Source of the DNA: Eledone cirrhosa
Taxonomy: Eukaryota
Length of the DNA stretch: 64,000 bases
NCBI GenBank assembly: GCA_964016885.1
Contig: OZ024745.1
Coordinates: 64,046,001 to 64,110,000, forward strand
Reading direction: 5' to 3'
Shown: one piece after another, positions 26,400 through 37,926 of the stretch
Position numbering within the stretch: position 1 is the first letter of the stretch
Layout of the letters: each line of letters opens with the position of its first letter
The notes under the pieces: model-generated
The model's database searches: none
Told to the model about the DNA's origin: nothing
Seen by the model: the letters and a program-made list of their open reading frames with translations, nothing else
Position numbers and translations under genes: made by a program

Positions 26400-27720
26400 C
26401 TCTTCTTCTTCTTCTCTCATTTATTCCTAAGGGGGTCGGGGAGGGGGGCAGAGTCCTCAAACACTCGTTCGAGTGGGTCCTGTCAGAAGCAACCGTCTCC
26501 AACTGGATCCCCAAGCGAGACCAGCCAAGCTCATGGATGTTATCCAACCATCTTGCTCGGGGTCTACCCCTGGGTCTCCTGCCGATTGGTTTTGCCACTA
26601 AAATCTGTCCAGCAATTCTTTCCTGAGACATTCTAACCACATGCCCATAGTATCAGAGCTGTGATCTCTCAATTCGGAGAAGTAGCGGCTCTACCTGGAA
26701 TGATTCTCTGATCTCCGAGCTGCGAACTCGATCGAGTAAAGTTATCCAAAGACCCTTCATAGGAACCCCATTTCGGCCGCTTGTATTCGCGATCGTAGTC
26801 GTTCGGTCATTACCCAACATTCATGACCATAGGCAAGGGTTGGCGCGAATACCGCATTGAAGATAGCGAGTTTTGCTTTTACACCTTCCCCCCCTTCGGA
26901 TTACCGAATGCTGAAGTTGGCGCTTTACTATTCCAGCTCCTGAAATTCTTGCACTTAATTCAGCCTCCTGCCTTCCATTACTTGTGAACATGACCCGGAG
27001 ATACTTGAACTGTTTTACTTGCTTCAGTGGAACTCCATTAACATATTGAGTGTTTCATTTTTTACAGCAATGATTTTCATTCCAGCCATGCAGCACTCGG
27101 CATCTAACCTATCAAGTACAAGTCGGAAACCATCTTCTGCCGAGTTAAGTAACACCATATCTTCTGCAAATTCCAGCCGACTCATTACACCCACAATTCA
27201 TGAAAATAGTTTCAACTCGGCTGCGCATGTCAATCCTGTTCATGAAAATAATGATCAGGAGAGGTGATAGTACGCACCATTGGGAGAGCCTGACTCCCAC
27301 ATTGAACGGTTTCGATTTGGTACCATTGATTCGAAAAAATACTCACGCATTTATATAAAGACATCAGAGCAACAAGAAGTTGACCATCGATCCCATACTC
27401 TTGCACAACCTTCTACAGCAGGTCACAAGGAACCCGGTCATATGCTTTTTCAAGGTCGACTAATCAGGAATACTCCTCTTGGATTTCTCGAAGACCTACT
27501 GTTGTGTGGATATTTGGTCACCTGTGCTGCGTCCGGGGCGAAAGCTACACTGTTCCTCAGCTAGCTTGGACTCGACAATCTCCCTGCATCTCTTTGCCAG
27601 ACACTTAGCAGAGACTTTACCAGGGAGGCTTAACAAGGAGTTCTCTCTGTAATTGGAGCAATCTCTTTTGTCTCCTCTTTCGAAAATTGGGTTTATCATT
27701 CCCGATTGCCATTGCAGAGA
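26400..27720 (-). mobile_element. RTE-clade LINE, degraded RT and 3' end
   Basis: GDKRDCSNYR..SLLSLPGKV, FRPGRSTGDQI, IQAAEMGFL, GHVVRMSQERIAGQIL..GRRPRGRPRARW; (GAA)n tail at 26401-26415. Confidence 0.85.
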
Positions 27721-28192
27721 TCCTGGCCACTTGGAATTACAATGATTCTCATTCAATGAAAGGGTCACCTATTCAGCACATTAATACCTGGGCAACGGCT
27801 GGTACGTTTTATTATATAGATGATCCAGTTTACCAAAAATAAGTAATATTAAATGTATATAAATAATATACTCGGCAAAATTCCTCCGTTTAAATCTCTT
27901 TTCAGTATATTTTCATGTTATTGAATTTGGGTTTTCGAATGAATCGGTGTTCAGGTATTTACATATTTTAAAATACGATCTTATGGAGTTCAGGATCCTA
28001 TCACACCGTGTTATGGACGGTATCAATTGAAAATAATGCAGAAATGGTGAACAAAATGAGCATAAAACAACTTGCAATATAAACATCGTGTAGTATTTGT
28101 ACTAAAGATAAACTAATTATAACTGTATGCATACATATGCAAGTATTTGTGTATATATATATATATGTATGTATGTAGTAATGGATGAATGG

Positions 28193-28240
<48 letters not shown>

Positions 28241-28459
28241 GTGTGTAGCCATGTATGTATGTATGCGTCTATGTATACACGTACATATATTCTATCATGG
28301 TAACTTAATGTTTCCTGTCTTGGGGACATTAAACAGACAACATAATTTATTTGTCTCAAATTTTCAAAAGTCAGTTTTGGAAATATAATTCATTCTTTCC
28401 TTCATTATCATTATTATTATTTTTATTATTATTATCGACATTATCACATCCTCATCATC

Positions 28460-28496
<37 letters not shown>

Positions 28497-28549
28497 AGCA
28501 AGGCCAGTTGTGGTGAAATAGTTCTGTCGTAATGATGCTATGTGATGCA

Positions 28550-28830
28550 AACTCGATAAAGAGGAGAGGATCCAACAGAGGGCCTTGTGGGAAACCATGA
28601 ATGATTTTGTCGGACTTGATTGTACTCCTTTGATCAAAGTATGTTCTGTTCTGTTGACAAAGAAACTCTCAATTCACTGTAGTAGATTCCTACAAACAGT
28701 ATGTTGTGATTAACCTGTAAAGGTCTTGCTGGAGTCAAGATATATGACACCTGTGCTCTCTACCAATACATTTAGCATGTCATCAGTGGTTTGAAAATCT
28801 GTGTTGAACAGTCCCTGCATTCGCAGAAGC
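28550..28830 (-). pseudogene. CR1/L2-type RT remnant
   Basis: VIYLDSSKTF ... IESFFVNRTEHTLIKG ... GFPQGPLLDPLLF (compare GVPQGSVLGPLLF). Confidence 0.6.
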
Positions 28831-29244
28831 CATGCTGGTTTAGAATTTTTAAGAATTTTTTTTTGTTTTAAGCAAATGAGTTATTATCTTACCACCCTCT
28901 AAAATAACTTGATGACATGAGTGGTAAGTGAGATCGGTCGCTAATTCGTTGCTAGGGACTTGTTTTCCTCTTTAAAAATTGGGACGACAGACTGAAATAT
29001 ATATGTGTGTGTGCGTGTCCGTGTGTGCGAGTGGGCTTGAGTGTATGTGTGCGTGTATCTGTGTGTGCGAGTGTGCGTGAGTGTATGCGTGCGTGTGTAT
29101 GTGTGTATGTGTATGTAGGATTTTCTTATTCGTGGAAACAAGTGCATTCAGAAAATAAGAAAAGTACGTTGAAGATCAAAGTGAAATCTTTTGTATGTGT
29201 GTGAGTGTGTGTATTAACGTACATATAATTAAAGTTGCCTGAGT

Positions 29245-29550
29245 TACGGGTTAGTCTGTTTGGTTCATGATTGTAAAGTTGTGAGTTCGATTACTGGCAT
29301 CGCATGGTGTCCTAGTGCAAGACATTATTTCACGTTACTCCAGTTCACTCAGCTGACAAAACTTACGTACACTTGTAATTTATAAGACGAGTCTTGTCAC
29401 CCAATGTGTCACACTGACTCCCCATGAAACCTTCGTTAAGGGTGTACATGTCAGTGGAATACTCTGCCACTTGCAATTAAACTCCATAAACATACTATTC
29501 CATTGTTTTAAACAACTAGGTCATTCGTTGTTAGATCCGACGGAAGTCCA
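29245..29550 (+). mobile_element. Second, older SINE family
   Basis: B-box-like gagttcgatt followed by gtgtcctagtgcaagacattatttcacgttactccagttcactcagctg; weakly related sequence near 24570-24830. Confidence 0.55.
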
Positions 29551-30381
29551 AGAATATGCATATAATATCTTTATACCAATGACACTTAAATTGGGACACA
29601 CTGAATGGTTTAGTTTTAAATTAGTATAATGTGTCTGAACTTGTTTTGCATACTGTTATCTTAAATAAAGAGAAATATATTGATCAACGCATTTTATAAC
29701 ATTAAATGGATAGGGTGCTCTTGACAAGAACACCTTTGATCATAAGCGGGGAATTGGGAGATTCGTTAGAACGGGAGACACAAATCTTTGCGATACGTTT
29801 TTTTGGTTCCTTATATTCTGAAATCAAATCCAACCAAGGTCAACTTTGTCTTTCATCTTTTAGCGATCGATAGAAATCTAGGACCGTGAACTGGTGAAAT
29901 CGTTTGATCTTCCTATCTGATGCCTCATGGCATTTGACTCCCTACGAAGACCTATCGACAGACCCTCTGGTCATTTCTGTGAATATATACAGGCTCCCTC
30001 AAGTAACACTCAGCTGTCTTAGAAAAAGGTATGTTGCATAATGTGATACTGGATTCCCTGTACATAGGAAAACGATGGGATGGTCACAGCTGGAGATTTA
30101 TTGATTATACGTCCCCTCGATCATTCCTGACCTGAGGCGAAAAAATATCAACAGCTGTATACATTCTGTCTACAATATTACTAAAGAGAAAGAAATCAAT
30201 CAGTAACATTCATTGGTATATGGCTATTTTTACTTTTTAATTTCGGTCGCTGGTGGTACTGAAGAGGCCCGTCCTTTGCAGTGTTGCTGCTCTGCTTGGG
30301 ATTGTTGCTGCGGTTATTGTTACTATTGATGGTCGTAAAGAGGGTGTTTCCAGTGTTTTGATCTCTTTCCCTCTACAATAA

Positions 30382-30567
30382 TTGTTTCTACTTTTGGTAC
30401 CAGGCCAGAAATTACCCAGTGCATTACTGATACATATTTTATCGACCCCGTAAGGATGAAAGGGAAATTTAACATTGGCGGGATTTGAACTCAGACCATA
30501 AAGGACCGTAACTCTATGCTGCAAATCATGGTGTCCGACTCTCTACCGATACTGCCAATCCACCGCC
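30382..30567 (-). mobile_element. tRNA-derived SINE
   Basis: Reverse-complement match to 22160-22329. Confidence 0.85.
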
Positions 30568-31391
30568 TTTCTCTCTACAATAATGCCGCCATACGTCACA
30601 CTCTTGTAGTAAATGAGGTCAGGCATCCTCGTCCGGTTTTCAGGTATGAGAATCTACACTTGTATATAAATGATTATTTCATCGGTCCCAAAGAGATGAC
30701 AATCAACCTCCACACCTGTCTAGACAGTTATTGTTGTTATTGATCTTTTTGTTTCACCCCAAATCAAATATGATCAAGCATCCTATGATCAAAAACATCC
30801 CTGACATTACTTACCTCTATTTTATTCATCAATCTAGGTTTACATTATCCATTTTGTTCTTCCTCTTGCATGATTGTAGAGGGCGATGTGATGGACCCTT
30901 GGCAGGTTTTTCTAGCCGTTCAAGCGACCATCTACTTAACTCGTTTAACTTCGTTTAGATTTAAACTTGGAATGTACGAACCAAAATATTACAATTACTG
31001 TTTTCAATGCATAAATCAGATGAAAAGGGTAGCGCCCATGACCCTTTTCAGAGCATCTACGACTGTCTAGAGAGATACAGAGAATGAGAGAGAGTGAGAA
31101 AAAAGAGCGAGAGAGAGAGAGAGAGAGAGAATGGGAGAGAAAGAGAGAGTTATCCTCACACCAAGAACCTAGTCCGAATACTTCTAATAGGGTATAATTT
31201 GCTTCAACATATATAATTTAACTATTTACCGTTTCTGTTGAAGACTTTGCTTTAAATTTCCAATTTAACAATATATAACATTCTAGCTTAATAGAAAGTA
31301 TTGGATACGGCAGGAATTGAACTCACCGATCCAGATAACGTACAAACACCATATTTATCATTCGTTTCAAATTCTACTCCCCAAATATATA

Positions 31392-31467
31392 TATTACCAC
31401 ACTCTACTACCAAAAGGATCGAGTACTCTGGGTAATGTTCTAACAAGTTTTTACTGCATCCATTTTG

Positions 31468-31524
<57 letters not shown>

Positions 31525-31631
31525 ACGAAGGAAATGTGGTAAGGAACCAGATGGACCATAACGCATCAAACTTTTAGTCCAGAATTAGCCGTCGAAACGG
31601 CTTGAGCTCAGCCGTCGGGGTCCTACTCGTT

Positions 31632-31669
<38 letters not shown>

Positions 31670-31683
31670 AACGAGTAGGACTC
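31392..31683. mobile_element. Rearranged pieces of a short repeat family (family A) interleaved with (TA)n
   Basis: Segments match 59605-59813 and 55972-56113 in alternating orientation. Confidence 0.75.
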
Positions 31684-32048
31684 TAAAAACCGGTTTGTCT
31701 GTGTGTTTACATACAGAATAGCTGGCCACTCACAGTAAAGTGACCAGTGAAAAAAAACTTGGTACATCTACATATGTATACGTGTGTGTATTCATATACA
31801 TACTAGTATTTCAGTATACATATATGGATGTACATCTTTGACTTAATTGTTTGAGCGTCAGTCATACAAAAGTGAGTTACAAACGAAACGAAATTTAATT
31901 TAGTTTCGTTATTTGTTTTTATCGTCTCCGTTGAACCGGTACTTACTCACACTCTATGCAAGTTGGTCTGCCCACTACTAATTTTCATAGAAAAAGCATA
32001 TAGCGATATGTGCTTTTACGATTCTCTAGAGAGGCCGGAAGATAGGTA

Positions 32049-32093
32049 AATATTGCTGATGAGTTGTAACAACAACGAAACTAGTTCAATATT
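32049..32093 (+). ncRNA. Type I hammerhead ribozyme, unit 1
   Basis: aatattg-CTGATGA-gttgt(aaca)acaac-GAAA-ctag-TT-caatatt: 7-bp stem I, 5-bp stem II, palindromic ACTAGT at stem III; predicted cleavage after 32086. Confidence 0.88.
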
Positions 32094-32516
32094 CCTTGTC
32101 TGGCTTTCTGGAGAATAGAGGAAAGGTGTTTCCTCAAAAACCAGTATGACTCTAAAAACCGGTTTGTCTGTGTGTTTACATACAGAATAGCTGGCCACTC
32201 ACAGTAAAGTGACCAGTGAAAAAAACTTGGTACATCTACATATGTATACGTGTGTGTATTCATATACATACTAATATTTCAGTATACATATATGGATGTA
32301 CATCTTTGACTTAATTGTTTGAGCGTCAGTCATACAAAAGTGAGTTACAAACGAAACGAAATTTAATTTCGTTTCGTTATTTGTTTTTATCGTCTCCGTT
32401 GAACCGGTACTTACTCACACTCTATGCAAGTTGGTCTGCCCACTACTAATTTTCATAGAAAAAGCATATAGCGATATGTGCTTTTACGATTCTCTAGAGA
32501 GGCCGGAAGATAGGTA

Positions 32517-32561
32517 AATATTGCTGATGAGTTGTAACAACAACGAAACTAGTTCAATATT
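32517..32561 (+). ncRNA. Type I hammerhead ribozyme, unit 2
   Basis: Identical to 32049-32093. Confidence 0.88.
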
Positions 32562-32984
32562 CCTTGTCTGGCTTTCTGGAGAATAGAGGAAAGGTGTTTC
32601 CTCAAAAACCAGTATGACTCTAAAAACCGGTTTGTCTGTGTGTTTACATACAGAATAGCTGGCCACTCACAGTAAAGTGACCAGTGAAAAAAACTTGGTA
32701 CATCTACATATGTATACGTGTGTGTATTCATATACATACTAGTATTTCAGTATACATATATGGATGTACATTTTTGACTTAATTGTTTGAGCGTCAGTCA
32801 TACAAAAGTGAGTTACAAACGAAACGAAATTTAATTTCGTTTCGTTATTTGTTTTTATCGTTTCCGTTGAACCGGTACTTACTCACACTCTATGCAAGTT
32901 GGTCTGCCCACTACTAATTTTCATAGAAAAAGCATATAGCGATATGTGCTTTTACGATTCTCTAGAGAGGCCGGAAGATAGGTA

Positions 32985-33029
32985 AATATTGCTGATGAGT
33001 TGTAACAACAACGAAACTAGTTCAATATT
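32985..33029 (+). ncRNA. Type I hammerhead ribozyme, unit 3
   Basis: Identical to 32049-32093. Confidence 0.88.
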
Positions 33030-33452
33030 CCTTGTCTGACTTTCTGGAGAATAGAGGAAAGGTGTTTCCTCAAAAACCAGTATGACTCTAAAAACCGGTT
33101 TGTCTGTGTGTTTACATACAGAATAGCTGGCCACTCACAGTAAAGTGACCAGTGAAAAAAACTTGGGACATCTACATATGTATACGTGTGTGTATTCATA
33201 TACATACTAGTATTTCAGTATACATATATGGATGTACATCTTTGACTTAATTGTTTGAGCGTCAGTCATACAAAAGTGAGTTACAAACGAAACGAAATTT
33301 AATTTCGTTTCGTTATTTGTTTTCATCGTCTCCGTTGAACCGGTACTTACTCACACTCTATGCAAGTTGGTCTGCCCACTACTAATTTTCATAGAAAAAG
33401 CATATAGCGATATGTGCTTTTACGATTCTCTAGAGAGGCCGGAAGATAGGTA

Positions 33453-33497
33453 AATATTGCTGATGAGTTGTAACAACAACGAAACTAGTTCAATATT
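33453..33497 (+). ncRNA. Type I hammerhead ribozyme, unit 4
   Basis: Identical to 32049-32093. Confidence 0.88.
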
Positions 33498-33787
33498 CCT
33501 TGTCTGGCTTTCTGGAGAATAGGGGAAAGGTGTTTCCTCAAAAACCAGTATGACTCTAAAAACCGGTTTGTCTGTGTGTTTACATACAGAATAGCTGGCC
33601 ACTCACAGTAAAGTGACCAGTGAAAAAAACTTGGTACATCTACATATGTATACGTGTGTGTATTCATATACATACTAGTATTTCAGTATACATATATGGA
33701 TGTACATCTTTGACTTAATTGTTTGAGCGTCAGTCATACAAAAGTGAGTTACAAACGAAACGAAATTTAATTTCGTTTCGTTATTTG

Positions 33788-33842
<55 letters not shown>

Positions 33843-33851
33843 ATACATTAT

Positions 33852-34010
33852 CGGAGAAAGCTTTTTAGCGATACTCCGGCCAAATTCCAACTCACTCAAC
33901 AAACATTAGGAAATAAGTGAGTATATTTCTAATTAATCGTTCGGGGTGCTAACTAAATGTATTGCGTGGAAAATTGGCTGTATTATTTCATATGAGACAT
34001 ATCGAATATA
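33852..34010. repeat. Dispersed ~155-bp repeat, second copy at 56154-56310
   Basis: Shared cggagaaa..gatactccg..caactcactcaacaaacattag..ggggtgctaacta..aattggctgtattattt. Confidence 0.8.
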
Positions 34011-34238
34011 TCTCTTCCCAGACGGACGTCTCGCTTCATTATAGGATTCCTATAATTTGGGTAAAATTATACCAATTTATGTAGGATATATATATATATA
34101 TAAAACCCATGCTAGCGTAGAAGATGGACGTTAAACTATGATGATGATGATGATGTATTTATGTATGTATGTATATATCATTCAGTATTTCATATATATA
34201 TATATAATAAAATAATAGAATAAAACATAATATAGTGA

Positions 34239-34307
<69 letters not shown>

Positions 34308-34949
34308 TGAGTATGTGTTTGGTTGTGTACAAATACACCTGCACACAGGCACACATACACATACATGTGTGTGTGTGTGTGCGTGTGCGTGTGTTTGTGT
34401 GTGTGTGCAATCATACAAACCATACACATTTTTTTTTAGTATATATGCACTCATTCCACCTATCTATTCGACTAGTAAAGAATGCAGGCCAAAAGTAGCC
34501 CTGATGTGTCGAAACTTAACCGCCGCAGATTCTCGTCGAAAGAAGTCTTTACTCTGTTTTTTTTTTTTTTTTTTTTTTTTTTTTGGTTGCATTTTTGCTA
34601 TCTTTTTTTTCTACCCAACCAATTAGTTGTTACTTCTACTTCTGCTTAAATGATAAGAATTTCCTCGGCGCCAACCAGATTCTTAATGATTTGACATTAG
34701 ATAATGAACAATTACACATACTCATACAACTAATATACACGTTGAAATACAAGGACCTGCCCCCCCCCCCCACACACACACACACACACCCCGGACACTC
34801 TTTCCACCGCCATACCCTCACATACACATATACACTATATACACATACTAAAACAAGAATCAACGACCAGATGTATATATATAGGTTTATCTATCTATCT
34901 ATCTATCTATCTATATATATACCTATCTATCTATCTATCTATCTCCCCC

Positions 34950-35076
34950 TATTGGGGAAAATCGACTAATTTTTAAATTGCATTTGTGATAATATTTTAC
35001 ACGTTTTTATTGTATGTAAACTTCCCCCTTTGTATTTGTCCCCTTCTTTTGTGCCCCTGTGGCTAATAAAGAAACA
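34950..35076 (+). mobile_element. 3' UTR fragment of the Tx1/L1-type LINE
   Basis: Matches 52320-52437 (ttttacacg..tgtatgtaaact..cccctttgtatttgtccc..aataaa); embedded in (TATC)n. Confidence 0.8.
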
Positions 35077-35554
35077 TATCTATCTATATCCATTTCTCTC
35101 TCTCTCCCTCCATTTCTCTCTCCATGCATATATATATATATATCCATCTATCTATCTATCTATCTGAATATCTATCTATCTAAATCAATCTATACATCTA
35201 TGCATAAGCATGCATAACTCTTTGTGTATGGTTGTATGTTGTTGTTGTTTTTATGTGTGTGTGTATATATATATATGTGTGAGTTTGCTTGTTTGTTTGT
35301 ATGTATGTATGTGTCTACGTGTGTGCGTATATTTGTTTTACTTTTATATCTCCCGTAATGGCCGAATGCATTAAGTAAGCGGAATCATGGCTTGTGTTTA
35401 TTTGATATTTTGGTGCTGTTTTGTGATGTTTTGTTTGTTAGTGTTAGTCGTCTCCTGTTGTCATTTGTCCTTGAGTAAAGTACTCATACTCTACTTCCAC
35501 AACCATTTAACTACTACGTAACAGTTGAAGGTGTTCTGCAATCGCCCTACTTTC

Positions 35555-35625
35555 AGGTTGATGGTATTGGTGGTGATGCCAGTGGTGATCAGTGGTGTTG
35601 GTGGTGTTGGTGCTGCTGCTTGTGA

Positions 35626-35682
<57 letters not shown>

Positions 35683-36555
35683 CTGGTACTGCTGCAGCTG
35701 GTGTTAGTGGCGCTACTGGGTGGTGGTGGTGGTGGTGGTGGTAGTAGTAGTAGTACTGGTGTTGGTGCTGGTACTGCTGCAGCTGGTGTTAGTGGCGCTA
35801 CTGGGTGGTGGTGGTGGTGGTGGTGGTGGTGGTGGTGGTGGTGGTGGTGGTGGTGGTGGTGGTGGTGGCAGTAGTGGTAATGGTGGTGGTGCTGGTGTTG
35901 GTACTGTTGCAGCTGGTACTAGTGGCGCTAGTGGGTGGTGATGGTGGTAGTGGTGGTGGTAGTAGTGGTGGTGGTGGTGGTGCTGGTGGTGCTGGTGGTG
36001 GTAGTGGTTGTAGTGGTGGTGGTGATGGTGCTGGTGCTGGTGGTGCTGGTACTGGTGGTGCTGGTGATGGTACTGCTGCAGCTGGTACTAGTGGCGCTAG
36101 TGGGTGGTGATGGTGGTAGTGGTTGTGGTGGTGGTGGTGGTGGTGCTGCTGCTGCTGCTGCTGCTGGTGGTGGTGGTAGTAGTGGTGGTGATGGTGGTGC
36201 TGGTGGTGGTAATGGTTGTAGTGGTGGTGGTGATGGTGGTGGTGCTGGTGGTGCTGGTGATGGTACTGCTGCAGCTGGTACTAGTGGCGCTACTGGGTAG
36301 TAGTGGTAGTAGTGGTGGTGGTGGTGATGGTGGTGGTGGTGGTGGCAGTAGTAGTGGTGGTGGTAGTAGTGGTAGTAGTAGTGGTGGGGTGCTGGTACTG
36401 GTGCTGGTGGTGGTTATGGTGGTGGTGGTGGAGGTGGTGGTTGTGGTGCTGGTGCTGATGATGGTGCTGGTGAAGGCGGTAGTGTTGGTGGTGGTGGTGC
36501 TGGTGGTGTTGCTGGTTGAAGTTGTGGTTGTTGTTGTTGTTGGTGGTGGTGGTTG

Positions 36556-36586
<31 letters not shown>

Positions 36587-36625
36587 GCTGCTAGTGGTGA
36601 TTGGTGGTGGTGTTGGTGATGTTGT
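35555..36625. repeat. (GGT)n/(AGT)n compound repeat with five copies of a ~35-bp motif
   Basis: ggtactgctgcagctggt(g/a)(t/c)tagtggcgcta(c/g)tggg near 35685, 35771, 35900, 36069 and 36262. Confidence 0.9.
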
Positions 36626-37027
36626 TTTTTAGCCCCATTTTAGACCTGATTGTGCCGAGACATGATCCAAGGTCATCCTTTCCTTTTTGTACACCAAGAA
36701 ATAGTCCAATGTCTGCACATTTTTTAAAGATTTTAGAGGGACCTTTCGCTGTTGTCACCCTCTAACATATCGTAGCTGAATTTAGAGTGAGAATTGGCTC
36801 TTGTTTCACTCTAGAGGCTTCTACGTTGGATTTCATTTTGATTGGTTCTCATATTGATGTCAAAGACAAGACAGGCAATCGATAAAAATCTTAGAAGATG
36901 CTGATATGGTCAAATGATAGAAATTGGCTACGCATCGTATCGTATTTAGTACTACACTGTAACCAAATTCAGAGAGTGTTTTCAGATTGCGCAATCAGTA
37001 GATTACTGGTTTAAGTATCTTACATTA

Positions 37028-37095
<68 letters not shown>

Positions 37096-37224
37096 ATATG
37101 TTCTGAAATCACGCCCAATGCGAATTTTCTTTCCAGGAATCTTATTACAGTAATGTTAATGCATACACACTTACATACACACTTGATGGCTGCAAACTCT
37201 GCCAAGAGTATTGCAATCGCTTAT

Positions 37225-37465
37225 CAGATTCAGATGTGTGATGCTCGGATATGGCTTTTCAAGCCTGCTAGAGACTTGCACTCCTTCGCACACTGACGAT
37301 AACTATGGATCTCCCTGGCCTGAGGTCTTGCATCAGGTTGCCTGTGAACCCTCACAAAACCGTGGAGATCATAGTTCACTGGTTCTCTTTGAACATGGCG
37401 GCGACTGTGGCTCCTGAGACCAGATTTGCTCAAGCAGATTTTTCCACATCAGGGCACTTCAATTC
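37225..37465 (-). pseudogene. Degenerate tandem C2H2-like motifs, possibly a LINE ORF C-terminus
   Basis: KCPD..KICLSKSGLRSHSRRH (frameshifted) and QCAKECKSLAGLKSHIRASH. Confidence 0.45.
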
Positions 37466-37819
37466 AATGGAGACACCAATCTTTTCGAGAGACATTATGT
37501 TTTAAAGTCCTAAAATTTAGAAATTGTTATTATATAAATCAGAATAAATTATTAACAATCCACATGATTTGATGTCGGCCTCGGCAAGTTATTTACGAAA
37601 ACCATAACATAAACATCAATACGACAAAATCGTTAGTGTCATTGAGAAAGATATATTGGACACATAATAATTAATTGAAGTCGACTGCATAAATATCGGT
37701 CAAGTACTATTATCCACTGAATCTTTCTAGACGTGTACCTATACTAGAAGTAATTATTATAAGAGTGATGGGTGGCGATATACTCGTGAAACAAAAAAAG
37801 GAAGAAAAATAATACAAAA

Positions 37820-37926
<107 letters not shown>

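Larger units (their letters stand above)
31679..33793 (+). repeat. Tandem array of ~4.5 x 468-bp hammerhead-containing units (retrozyme-like or multimeric PLE pseudo-LTR)
   Basis: 468-bp period (first unit 469), only scattered single-base differences, one hammerhead per full unit, (TA)n on both sides. Confidence 0.95.

Noticed and set aside
32016-33673. Repeated 60-62 aa minus-strand ORFs in the tandem array
   Set aside because: Short, without recognisable motifs, and repeated only because the DNA is repeated; the structured signal is on the plus strand.
31679-33793. CRISPR-like array
   Set aside because: No unique spacers, 468-bp units, eukaryotic context.
34495-34525. ctgatgtgtcgaaac hammerhead-like string
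   Set aside because: Core mismatch and no stem II or stem I.
35626-36619. Gly/Val-rich structural protein
   Set aside because: Frames shift between units; no clear exon structure.
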